Shown: positions 10,256 to 19,780 of the stretch, piece by piece | How positions within the stretch are numbered: the first letter of the stretch is position 1 | Layout: each line of letters opens with the position of its first letter | Origin: an uncultured delta proteobacterium | Lineage (GTDB): Bacteria; Desulfobacterota; Syntrophorhabdia; Syntrophorhabdales; WCHB1-27 | DNA length: 64,000 nt | Direction of reading: 5' to 3' | Assembly: GCA_963810935.1 (NCBI GenBank) | Contig: CAWEPK010000009.1 | Span: 128,001-192,000, forward strand | Notes under the pieces: model-generated | Seen by the model: the letters and a program-made list of their open reading frames with translations, nothing else | Told to the model about the DNA's origin: nothing | Database searches by the model: none | Made by a program: the position numbers and the translations under genes

Positions 10256-10440
10256 CCGCCCGATATTACCCGGACAATCCTGACCCGGTCGTTGCGGTCG
10301 AGCATTCGGTCCTCTGTGACGAGCGTGCCGTTGGACGTGACAAGATGGGCTTCGGGGCTCAACTGAAACATGTCAAGCAGACGGGCGACAGTAATCCGCC
10401 GGTCAACCTCATGCAACTGGCCTTCCCATTCTACAGTCAT
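10252..10440 (-). CDS. ttuB: Ubiquitin-like sulfur carrier (ThiS/MoaD/TtuB)
   Basis: 62 aa ending VISGG, overlapping the ttuA start. Confidence 0.8.
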   Translation of the reverse strand: MTVEWEGQLHEVDRRITVARLLDMFQLSPEAHLVTSNGTLVTEDRMLDRNDRVRIVRVISGG

Positions 10441-10449
10441 GCACATTTC

Positions 10450-10531
10450 TATCATACGGCGCGTGGCTTGTCAAAGGCAGCGGGCGCCGGAAGGGCGCCC
10501 GCCGGATGCCTTTGACAAGCGCCGTATGATA
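10450..10531. repeat. Inverted duplication of the ttuB promoter region around a GC hairpin
   Basis: 10450-10479 is the reverse complement of 10507-10531 except for a 5-nt indel. Confidence 0.75.
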
Positions 10532-10538
10532 TTACGTC

Positions 10539-10660
10539 GGCCGGGGCCTTTCCGCGCCTTTCGCGTCATTTTCTCGGGCGCGAGTCCTCACGTACAGAAA
10601 ACGTACGCTGCGGCTCGCTTCGTCGAAAATAACGCGAAATCCATCGGAAAATCCCCAGCC
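10539..10660. repeat. Long imperfect palindrome (~120 nt), MITE/REP-like
   Basis: Nested arms TTTCCG/CGGAAA, TTTCGCGTCATTTTC/GAAAATAACGCGAAA, GCGAGTC/GGCTCGC, CGTAC/GTACG. Confidence 0.75.
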
Positions 10661-10825
10661 GGGCAGAGCCCGCTAGTTTGTGTACCGCTGCTTATGTGAT
10701 GGGGTTCAATATTTCAAATCAAGTATTGGGAGAAAAAACAGCGTCTACCGATGTTGGAAGAATACCTAACCGGTAGCCTACAGCAAGGTAACGTCGACAG
10801 CCATAGCATATCAGGGCCACCACCC

Positions 10826-13248
10826 TCAGGTTCTAACCCTAGTCTGTAATTCAATTTCCGTCAGTACGTTCTGCACCTCCGTATAGACCTGAGTCGTTCG
10901 CGTAGTATCCTCAAGTCGAATAACAACAGCGTATGGAATGGGAGCAACTTTCCGGGCCCACTTATGGTATGCGGCTACTGCTAATGTATACGTTGCGGTG
11001 CTGTAGTGCTCTTGATGGCGAGTCCATTCCGCAACATCGTGTTGCACACACCCCCGCGAACGAAGATTTACGCCTAGCCGGAAACGGAGTTCGTTCGGAG
11101 TCCGCTCGGGATGCACTTCGCTATCATCACCATTTTCGACGGACATTCTAGCGATCACTTCCTCCCGGTCAACGTCACCACGGAATATCCGCCACTTCAT
11201 TGTAGTCCCGAGGTAACGCTCAAACCCCCAACGTTGAACTTCGGGAGCGTGCACCAAGGTGACGCTAAGACGTTTGATGCCGTCCCCCGATTCGGCCAAC
11301 GCCGCGGGAACAGGCACATCGAAGTATGCCACACTATTAGGGTCAAGCTCTCCCTGGTAGTATAGCACCGCAGAAAACGGATCGCAGTCAGTGGCAAAGC
11401 CTGCATCTGGGAGCCCATATCCAACTATATACCGCCATGAATTGACCGGAACTGCTCCATATTGCTCACGGAGTTGTTCAAATTCTGGCCCAAGACGTAG
11501 CCAATTTGCTGAGTTAACCAAAAATGCTTTGAGTAACGAAGCAGACGGGTGACCAAGCCCTAGCATCTGCATATCAGCCATAACCATCGCAAGCTTGTGG
11601 GCTATTCGTGGAGTGCATAGCTGCTACCCGAATCGTGTATTATCGCAGGGGTCAACTGGTGACTCGCCATCATGACGTCTGTCCCAGGGTTGCGCCGCAC
11701 CTGCCCACCTTCAGGATCGTAAATGAGGTTTCCGCCATAATCCACCAACTCGGGTTTGATCTCGCGGTTCATTCCCGGCCCGTGTCGCGTAAAGGGTGAC
11801 GGCTGATTCGTCTCCGCGATTGCCATCGCAGCAGTGGGTCGTGCCAAAAGGGTGCCCGAGGCCACAGAGCCAACAGTCAATGCAAGGGCCGCCTGCGCTG
11901 GGTCGAGAAGGGCGGTTTCTTCCTCAGTGAAATACATTGGATATGGTTTACCGTCGGCAAAATAAAAACTAACCTCGTTAGCCGCTATATTACCGGTGCT
12001 CACGATAAAAACAACGTCTTTCTGTCTAGACAAACGATCAATCGTCCGAGCAATCCACGATTTACGCGGTATCGTTCTTTTAGCTTCGGTAGTCCATTTT
12101 CTATTAGTCACATTGACTGAGAGATTGAAAATACGGACACCCAGTGGTACGAAAGTGTTCACAACTTCATCTAGAACCTTCGAGAAAAGGCGTTCTTCCT
12201 CGACCTGATTGCTATCGTCCAGCACACGAGCACTTGCAATCCAGACCTTGCCACTGTTCGTAGCTCCTTGCTGAAGATTTAAGGCATAGTATGTTGCCAG
12301 CGAGGCGACGCCCGAGCCGTGACCAAATACGTCAAACGGTTGATCGTGAGCACGGCGGAGAAACGATCGAAAAAGACTATCTCTCGACACAGGTGTAAGG
12401 AATGGATTACCGCTTGTAACCCCAGAATCTACGATACATACTACGGGGGCCGATTCCGCTGGTGGGTCCAGCTCGCCCAGGGTATCTATGGAAAAATTAT
12501 GCAGTACGCTATTAAACGTCTCGAACTGAGGCTTTGCGTCAAACCAGGAAATCCTCGTTTGCCATTCCGGGGCTTCAACAAGTAACCTAAACAGCTGACC
12601 CGAGCAGCGGATCACAGCCCGGGATGTTCCAGCAATTTCTTCCTGTTCAAAGTAGTTCCCATTTACGCCTGCTGCAAATGCATGCCGAAGTGTCTGGCGG
12701 GTTTGCTGAAGCTCCTTTCTCCGCTTACGAGGGCTTGATGTTAATGAAATCATTTCAATTTCGCAGATTACCCACGCCTGCTGTATCAGGTGATCGTACT
12801 GTTCAAAAAGGGCTTCGCTCAACCGGTCTTTCGGGTCCCCGCGCATAATATTTAGAATATGCACCGCTAACTGCTCGTTGGGGACATGACCCTTCTTAAT
12901 CTCTGCAGTACCGAAAATCTCAATCTTGGCGGCAAGCTTGTCCAAATTGTCAGCCTTCGGCACTGCAAGTGTGAAACGATCCGAGTGTTCGGTAAAGGGT
13001 TTTAGATCTGTTCCCACCAAGTTAACGGGAACCTCATGCTCCAACTTATAGAAAACAGCCCTCCTCTCTACCTCCGTCATCTGATGAAGCGAGTGAGACA
13101 GGGGAGCGATCTGATCGACAAGCTTTCGAACGATTTCTTGACGCCGTTGAAGACGCTCTGGTTCTATCGGAACCAGATGAGGCTTTTCCTTTCGCCTGGC
13201 AGCAATCTGGGGCACTGGGATGCGTAAGGGCGGAAATTCGCCGTTCAT
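10826..13248 (-). CDS. ietS: S8 subtilisin-like protease, IetS-like; 1-bp deletion at ~11613
   Basis: VDSG (Asp), GHGSGVA (His), GN oxyanion, IKPELVDYGG, GSSYA (Ser); one added base gives YAxPRIAHKLA and joins both ORFs (~807 aa). Confidence 0.85.
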
Positions 13249-14270
13249 TTCTTTCTTCCCCTACGTTCTACCCCTGGAGTCTCAGTCGCCGCTGACAGAT
13301 CAGCGCGCAAAGTATTCAGCGGTTCGGAAATGTCACTCATCGAAAGGCTCGTATCCCCTCTCAAAATCATGCTCTTGATAGCATCTATGACCACTTTCTG
13401 TATGTCTGCAAATGAAAGTGATGCAAGCATTCGCGACGCTTGTTTTACTGAATCCTTAAAAACTAGTCCGCTGAGAAGTAACTTCAGGTAAAGTTGGCGC
13501 TCGTTCTCCGAAGGCAAAGGAAAATGTACGATCTCGTCAAAACGTCGCCAGAGCGCAGGATCGAGAAGGTATTGATGATTACTTGCTGCTATAATAATGC
13601 TTTCACTGGAGACAAACGCGTCCATGGCTTGGAGCAAGCTATTTACCACACGTTTCAATTCTCCAACGTCGTTGCGGTCGTCGCGATTCTTCGCGATAGC
13701 ATCTATTTCATCGAGTAACAGAACTATGGGTCTACTGTCGGCTAAGTCAAACACTTTTTGTATGTGGGAGGCAGTATCACCCAGGAAGCTCGAAATAACT
13801 GCATTAAGTCTGATTGTTCCCACCGACATGCCCAACTCGTGCGCAATGAAACTCGCAGTGAAGGTCTTCCCACATCCGGGTGGTCCCCAGAATAGAAGTT
13901 TGCGTTTGGGTAGATAACCATACTGGGCAAGTAAACGTCTATTTCTATGTTCTTCGAGTATCCGGTCTATTTTTTTTGAGCTGGCCCTATTGAGAACTAT
14001 CTGATCTTGAGCTACCTTAGGCTCGCCGTACGTGATGAGTTGCTCTCCATTTCTTCGATCTTTGGGTAATGGCAACATCTCCTGTGCGTATCGCCGTTCG
14101 GTCGGTTTGGTTCTAGCCTTACCAAGCGCAGCCTGAAGTTCTGTAGCCAATGCATGATGGTTTGCGGCTAATTCTTCCGCGATGATTCCTTCGGCGACCC
14201 TCATAAAGGTCGCATCCTGGCGCTCCCCGAAAGCACGGAATAGTGAGACCAAGTTTTCATTCTTTATCAT
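13245..14270 (-). CDS. ietA: AAA+ ATPase, IetA-like
   Basis: GPPGCGKT, LLLDEID, GELKRVVNSLLQ, LDPALWRRFD; ATGA overlap with the S8 gene. Confidence 0.88.
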   Translation of the reverse strand: MIKNENLVSLFRAFGERQDATFMRVAEGIIAEELAANHHALATELQAALGKARTKPTERRYAQEMLPLPKDRRNGEQLITYGEPKVAQDQIVLNRASSKKIDRILEEHRNRRLLAQYGYLPKRKLLFWGPPGCGKTFTASFIAHELGMSVGTIRLNAVISSFLGDTASHIQKVFDLADSRPIVLLLDEIDAIAKNRDDRNDVGELKRVVNSLLQAMDAFVSSESIIIAASNHQYLLDPALWRRFDEIVHFPLPSENERQLYLKLLLSGLVFKDSVKQASRMLASLSFADIQKVVIDAIKSMILRGDTSLSMSDISEPLNTLRADLSAATETPGVERRGRKK

Positions 14271-14498
14271 GATATTATCCCTACGGCTCAATTGTATCAT
14301 GCAACCATTGGAACATTGGGGGGCGAACCTTTATTCTCGACCAGCAAGGAACCCCGCCAATACCCCATTAAGTACTACCATAGGGAAGAAAACGCTGCAA
14401 TAAGAATAACAAAAATTGTCAACGCAAAATAAAAATGTCCTAGTTCTTGGAATTCCCGGTAATTTATGAATAGCGCAGGCGGGACACACTGGCGCTGG

Positions 14499-14671
14499 TT
14501 ACAGCCCTAGTTGGCGGCGGATCAGGTCGCAGAGAGAGTTCTTGATTTCATTGTGCCGGGGAACCGGCGCCTTTTTCCGTTGGCGGGATTTGCGTAAATC
14601 GTAGCCACTGCCGCGTCTCTTAAGTAGCAGCCTGCCTCGACCAGCTCCTTCAGAAATTCGTGCCGTTTCAA
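14499..14671 (-). pseudogene. hicA: HicA-family toxin, frameshifted
   Basis: TTG overlapping hicB stop gives MKRHEFLKELVEAGCYL and IYANPANGK; KRRGSG and PVPRHNEIKNSLCDLIRRQL are in another frame. Confidence 0.75.
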
Positions 14672-14874
14672 ACAGCGACCTCGATCTGTTTGGTCTGGCG
14701 TCCCTCCACATTAGGCTCGACTTCGCCTTCCATCATCAGCGCATAGGCTTCCCGGATATTGCTTTCGAGATCGTTTAACGTTTCGCCCTGGCTGAATACG
14801 CCCGGAACTTCCTTAAGGCGGCCCACGTACCAATTGTCGTCAAGCCAGTACTCAAGGGTAAACCGCGTTGTCAT
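14668..14874 (-). CDS. hicB: Short HicB-family antitoxin
   Basis: EVPGVFSQGETLNDLESNIREA motif; AGGAG SD. Confidence 0.88.
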   Translation of the reverse strand: MTTRFTLEYWLDDNWYVGRLKEVPGVFSQGETLNDLESNIREAYALMMEGEVEPNVEGRQTKQIEVAV

Positions 14875-14921
14875 GATTCAGTCTCCTGCATGTTTCCCTA
14901 TTTTGCTTCTCCTTTCTTACA

Positions 14922-17066
14922 CTACCGCTTTCCCTGCCCCTTCATTGTAAGGGATATCCTTCCTCTCTTTACGTCCACGTCGAGGACTTTTACCGTTACC
15001 CTCTGGTGTACCTTTACTACGTCCGACGGATTCTTTACGTACTTTTCGGACAACTGGCTTACGTGAACCAGACCGTCCTGGTGCACGCCTATATCGACGA
15101 AAGCCCCGAAACCCGTCACGTTTGTCACGATCCCCGTAAGCTCCATATCCGGCTTTACGTCCTCGATCTTTTCAACCCCTGCCGTGAAGGCGCCCGTTTC
15201 GAAGGCCTCTCTCGGGTCCCTTCCGGGCCTGGCGAGCTCGTCCAGGATATCCCGCAGTGTCGGCAGGCCCGCCTTTTCCGTCACGTACTGCATCGGGTCG
15301 ATGCGCGCCTGGAGGGCCTTGTCTTCGATGAGACTGATAACCGGCACGCCCAGGTCTTGGGCCATCTTCCGGACGACGTGATAGCTCTCGGGGTGTACGG
15401 CCGTGCGATCAAGGGGCTCCTCCCCGTCGGCGATCCTCAAAAAACCCGCTGCCTGCTCGAACGCCTTCGGGCCAAGCTTCGGCACCTTCTTCAGGCCCTC
15501 CCGCGTCCTGAACGGCCCGTGCTCGTCCCTGTACGCGACGATGTTGGCCGCTAGCTGGGGCCCCAGGCCCGATACGTAGGTGAGAAGCTGTCTGCTCGCC
15601 GTATTCATATCGACCCCTACCGAGTTGACGCAGCTTTCCACGGCGTCGTCGAGACTCTTTTTCAGCATCTTCTGGTCAACGTCGTGCTGATACTGTCCCA
15701 CCCCTATCGACTTGGGGTCTATCTTTACGAGCTCGGCAAGGGGGTCTATCAGGCGCCTGCCTATCGACACTGCGCCCCGCACGGTCAGGTCGAGGTCTGG
15801 AAACTCCTCCCTGGCCGCCTCAGACGCGGAATAGATGGAGGCGCCGCTCTCGTTGACCATTACGACTACGATGCCTTCCGGGAGTGCGAGGTTCTTGATG
15901 AAGGCCTCCGTTTCCCTCCCGGCAGTCCCGTTGCCGATGGCCACGGCCTCAATGGCATATTCCCGGCACAGCCTTTCGACGGCTGCCCGTGCCCGCGCCG
16001 CCTCACCGGGACCGGTGTGGGGAAAGATCGTCTCCGTATGGAGCAGCTTCCCCTGCCCGTCCAGGCAGACGACCTTACAACCCGTTCTGAAGCCGGGGTC
16101 GATTGCCAGAACGCGCTTTTGCCCCAGGGGAGGCGCAAGAAGGAGATGGCGAAGGTTCTCGTTGAAGAGCCTGATCGCCTCCTCGTCGGCCTTCTTCTTA
16201 GCTTCCTGTCTGGCCTCCGTTTCCATGGAAGGACCGAGGAGCCTCTTGTAGGAGTCATGGACTGCCGTCTTCATCTGCTCGGTCGCCGCGCCGCTCCCTT
16301 TCACGAAAAGGGATTCCAGGATGGATAGCGCTTCATCGTCCGGAGGCGCAAGACGGACCGCCAGCATGCCTTCCTTCTCGCCGCGCATGATCGCCAGGAC
16401 CCTGTGGGACGGCGCCTTCCCTGCCGGCTCCTCCCACGCAAAGTAGTCCCTGAACTTGGCGCCTTCCTCGGCATGCCCCGCCACCCCTTTCGATTTCAGC
16501 ATCCCCTTCGAGACAAACAGGGTCCGCATCCGCGCCCTTGCCTCTTCATCCTCGGCTACCTGCTCGGCGATGATGTCACGGGCCCCGGCGAGGGCGTCTT
16601 CGACGGAAAGGACAACTTTTTCCGGCGAGATGAACCGGGCAGCCTCGGTAAAGACATCGAAAGGCACCTGGGAAAAGAGCCGCTCCGCCAGAGGTCCCAG
16701 GCCCTTTTCCCTTGCAACGGACGCCCTCGTGCGCCGCTTCGGCCTGTATGGGAGGTAGATGTCTTCAAGGACCGACATCGTCCCGGCCTCCCGGACCTTC
16801 CCTTCGAGCTCGGGAGTCAGCTTTCCGCTCTCCTCCAGGGACTTGAGTATGCTCTCCTTCCGCTTGTCGAGCTGGCGGAGGTCCTCCAGGCCGTCGCGCA
16901 CTGCGGCGACCGCCACCTCGTCAAGGCCGCCCGTTGCCTCCTTCCTGTACCTGGCGATAAAGGGTATCGTCGCCCCTTCGTCGAGGAGTGCGGCCGTCGA
17001 ACCGACCTGGCCCTCGGAGATCTTAAGGTCCGTGGCAAGCTTCTGCGCGTGTTTCTGGTCCACCAT
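14922..17066 (-). CDS. tex: Tex family RNA-binding transcription accessory protein
   Basis: ATIPFIARYRKEATG, DPGFRTGCK, GVGQYQHDV, C-terminal S1 domain. Confidence 0.97.
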   Translation of the reverse strand: MVDQKHAQKLATDLKISEGQVGSTAALLDEGATIPFIARYRKEATGGLDEVAVAAVRDGLEDLRQLDKRKESILKSLEESGKLTPELEGKVREAGTMSVLEDIYLPYRPKRRTRASVAREKGLGPLAERLFSQVPFDVFTEAARFISPEKVVLSVEDALAGARDIIAEQVAEDEEARARMRTLFVSKGMLKSKGVAGHAEEGAKFRDYFAWEEPAGKAPSHRVLAIMRGEKEGMLAVRLAPPDDEALSILESLFVKGSGAATEQMKTAVHDSYKRLLGPSMETEARQEAKKKADEEAIRLFNENLRHLLLAPPLGQKRVLAIDPGFRTGCKVVCLDGQGKLLHTETIFPHTGPGEAARARAAVERLCREYAIEAVAIGNGTAGRETEAFIKNLALPEGIVVVMVNESGASIYSASEAAREEFPDLDLTVRGAVSIGRRLIDPLAELVKIDPKSIGVGQYQHDVDQKMLKKSLDDAVESCVNSVGVDMNTASRQLLTYVSGLGPQLAANIVAYRDEHGPFRTREGLKKVPKLGPKAFEQAAGFLRIADGEEPLDRTAVHPESYHVVRKMAQDLGVPVISLIEDKALQARIDPMQYVTEKAGLPTLRDILDELARPGRDPREAFETGAFTAGVEKIEDVKPDMELTGIVTNVTGFGAFVDIGVHQDGLVHVSQLSEKYVKNPSDVVKVHQRVTVKVLDVDVKRGRISLTMKGQGKR

Positions 17067-17182
17067 CTGTTGCCGCCTTTTGTGTCGTTTACCTGCTGTA
17101 CCCGATAATTGAACGGTAGGACGCCGGCCTTGTCAAGGAGTTGCAGCGGTCTTCGACAGACAAAGAACAGGACTTGAACGAG

Positions 17183-17950
17183 TCAGATCGGGAGACAGGG
17201 CACGAAGAGGCGAGCGGCGGTTATGATGAAGGGGCATTCGTAGCGGTTGTCGCGCCGGTTCCCGGGCGCGGGTTTCTCGGTGAGAAGGTAACCGCCGCAC
17301 ATGACCGCTCCCACCAGGAACCAGACTGCAAAATTGCTCAACGGGGTCCCGAAGTATCGGCCCGGCTCGCTCCAGACCCACATGCCGGAAAAGGTCCCCA
17401 ACGGATCGAGGACGAGGTCGCTTCCCATAATGTAAGAACCGCATAGCGCGCTTTGTACGAGCAGACGCCGCAGCGACAGGGCGCCCCTGGGCCCGGTCGA
17501 AAGGGAACGCATGAACCCGAGCGCCATGTAGGCCAGGTCGAACCAAAGGAGGAGAATGAAACAGGGCACGCCTCCCGGCAGTCTTGGAAGCAGGGCCGGA
17601 TCGTAGCTATACGTACTTCCGAACACTCCCCAGTGAATTCCCATGCTTTCTGCGGCGTAGGAAACGAAAACGGAAAAACCGAACAGCCGAACGGCATTGG
17701 GAAACGAAACACTAAGGCAGGCGTGACAAAATACGGCTGCGGTGAAAAGCAGCGCCAACCCCTGAAGCGTGAGGTTCATCCCCGCCCAGAAATAATGCGT
17801 CTGCCGGAGGAATGGAATGCACAAGGCGGGAGCTGCTATAGCCAGCGCTGCAAAAATGCATCGCCCGATCAGGGGTTTTCCCGCGCCCCCGCCCACAGGA
17901 CCAAAAAGCGGGCGACGGGGACTTGATTTCCGTATTCTATCCGTCCTCAT
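17183..17950 (-). CDS. CruF/DUF422-family membrane protein (start uncertain)
   Basis: AESMGIHWGVFGSTYSY, GGVP, DLVLDP, YFGTPLSNFAVWF. Confidence 0.7.
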   Translation of the reverse strand: MRTDRIRKSSPRRPLFGPVGGGAGKPLIGRCIFAALAIAAPALCIPFLRQTHYFWAGMNLTLQGLALLFTAAVFCHACLSVSFPNAVRLFGFSVFVSYAAESMGIHWGVFGSTYSYDPALLPRLPGGVPCFILLLWFDLAYMALGFMRSLSTGPRGALSLRRLLVQSALCGSYIMGSDLVLDPLGTFSGMWVWSEPGRYFGTPLSNFAVWFLVGAVMCGGYLLTEKPAPGNRRDNRYECPFIITAARLFVPCLPI

Positions 17951-17979
17951 ACCATGATTGCCGATCCTAACATTCTACA

Positions 17980-18966
17980 CTATCTTACTTCCTTAATCCT
18001 CTTGACGAGCGCCTGGATATCCTTTGGCTGTGCCTCATACAACGGTTTCACCGCGTCAGAAAACGCCTGGCGCTGGAAGCTGCTTGGCGCGGTTATCACG
18101 CAGCCGGCGGCGATCACCTTGTCCCTCGACTTCATCACCGTCTGGGCCCACAGCTTGAACTGTAAAGGCTGCGCTTCCCTCACGGCCTGTTTGACGATCT
18201 CGATCTCTTCGGGCGTGAGCTTGGTCGCCAGGGATGTAAGGCTGCCTATGATGATATCCGGGAGCCTCGTGTGCTCGTCCTGGATGAAGTATTTGGCAAC
18301 CTGATAGTGGTTCGTCTCGTCGTAAGTGGGGTAGTTGTTCTCCGCCCCGTCGAGGGCGCCGCTTACGAGCGCGGCGTAGGTGTCGCCGTGCGGCATTGGG
18401 ACCGCGATTGCGCCGAACGCCTCGATCATGGCCACCATCAACTGGCTCTGCAGGGTGCGTATCTTCATGCCCTTGAGGTCCGTCGGGGACCTGACGGGCT
18501 TCTTGGTGTAAAAGTTCCTCGTGCCGCCGTCGAACCACCCGAAGCCTATAAAATTGGCCTTCTCGACCGACTTCAAGACCTCGTCGCCGACTTCCCCGTT
18601 AATGACGTCGAGCATGTGCTCCGTGTCCCTGAAGAGGTAGGGCATGAGGAACGCATTCAGGGTGGGGACATACTTGGCGACCGGGCCGATATTGATCCTT
18701 GTCAGGTCGATCTCGCCGTCCTGCACCTTTTTGATGACTGCCGCCTCATCACCCAGCTTCATGTTGTCGTAAACCTCGATGATGACCTTGCCCTTCGTCC
18801 TCTGCTTGACGATTTTAGCGATCTCGAAATCCCCGACGGTAGTGGGGTAGGCTGCATCGTGTATCTCGGCGAACCTGAGCGTCACCGGCTTCCCGGCAAA
18901 TGCCCTATCGTTTGAGCCGCACAGGACGACGGCAGACAGCAAGGAAACGAGGACCAGTTTTTTCAT
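17980..18966 (-). CDS. dctP: TRAP transporter substrate-binding protein (DctP family); no DctQM nearby
   Basis: Signal peptide; PYLFRD, DLKGMKIR, GALDGAENN. Confidence 0.93.
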   Translation of the reverse strand: MKKLVLVSLLSAVVLCGSNDRAFAGKPVTLRFAEIHDAAYPTTVGDFEIAKIVKQRTKGKVIIEVYDNMKLGDEAAVIKKVQDGEIDLTRINIGPVAKYVPTLNAFLMPYLFRDTEHMLDVINGEVGDEVLKSVEKANFIGFGWFDGGTRNFYTKKPVRSPTDLKGMKIRTLQSQLMVAMIEAFGAIAVPMPHGDTYAALVSGALDGAENNYPTYDETNHYQVAKYFIQDEHTRLPDIIIGSLTSLATKLTPEEIEIVKQAVREAQPLQFKLWAQTVMKSRDKVIAAGCVITAPSSFQRQAFSDAVKPLYEAQPKDIQALVKRIKEVR

Positions 18967-19046
18967 GGGGCCTCCCTTTCGCGCAACGTTTCGGTCGGTA
19001 TGCTATTTCTCTACCACCCCGCGCCCGCCCAATGCAAGATAAATTG

Positions 19047-19343
19047 CTATTTGGCGACAACCTTGGGGGTAAGGCGGGACACGGCTATCTTATCCGCCCT
19101 TTTGCGTACCTGTGCGAGGTCGAAATTTGTCTGCATGCGCAGCCAGGTATCGGCCGTACTACCGAATGCCTTCTCGAAACGTACCGCCATTTCCGGCGTA
19201 ACGCTGCTGCGGCCTGCTATCACGTTATGAAGCTGCTGGCGGGTAACGCCGAGGCCTTTTGCGGCTTCCGCTACGCTTAAACCAAGCTCCGAGAGGCACT
19301 CTGCCACGAGAGCGCCAGGATGCACGGGATGTTTCATCTCCAT
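19047..19343 (-). CDS. higA: HigA antitoxin (HTH)
   Basis: HPG motif, HTH, TPEMAVRFEKAFG..WLRMQ. Confidence 0.92.
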   Translation of the reverse strand: MEMKHPVHPGALVAECLSELGLSVAEAAKGLGVTRQQLHNVIAGRSSVTPEMAVRFEKAFGSTADTWLRMQTNFDLAQVRKRADKIAVSRLTPKVVAK

Positions 19344-19357
19344 GGTTCATACCTCCT

Positions 19358-19636
19358 TTAATGATAATCGACGAAGTCAACGTCGAAGACGTCTCCCCCG
19401 TCGAAACGAAACGTTATTCTCCAATTGGCCCTGACGGTCACTGCAAAATGACCTTTCAACGCGCCTTTAAGGGGATGCAGCCGGAAAGTCGGCACATCTA
19501 TCCCTTCTATGTTCGATGCCGCGTGCAAGACGGACAGAATGAGCATGATCCGGGCCAGCATATCGGCAGGCAATTTCCTGCCGTCGTCATCCTCAAATAA
19601 CAGTTGCAGGCCCTTGCTCCGGAAATTCTTAATCAT
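19358..19636 (-). CDS. higB: HigB/RelE-family toxin
   Basis: MIKNFRSKGL, LHPLKG, NWRITFRF, DYH C-terminus. Confidence 0.92.
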   Translation of the reverse strand: MIKNFRSKGLQLLFEDDDGRKLPADMLARIMLILSVLHAASNIEGIDVPTFRLHPLKGALKGHFAVTVRANWRITFRFDGGDVFDVDFVDYH

Positions 19637-19643
19637 CTGCTAT

Positions 19644-19672
19644 ATTGTAAAGCGTCAAATTACATTTTACAA
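19644..19672 (-). promoter_or_regulatory. higBA promoter overlapped by an inverted-repeat operator
   Basis: TTGTAA-N17-TACAAT, 7 nt before ATG; TTGTAAA-N14-TTTACAA inverted repeat at 19645-19672. Confidence 0.75.
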
Positions 19673-19780
19673 CACTTTTTTGAAAGGCACACTACGCATG
19701 CGTCCAGGAATCTTTAGTTTTTACTTTCCCTTCCGTTTTTCATATAATACCGGAAGTTACGAGCGCAAAAAAGGTAAGGC

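Noticed and set aside
10690..14470. Prophage, ICE or IS origin for the low-GC island
   Set aside because: No integrase, transposase, tRNA target or flanking direct repeats were visible.
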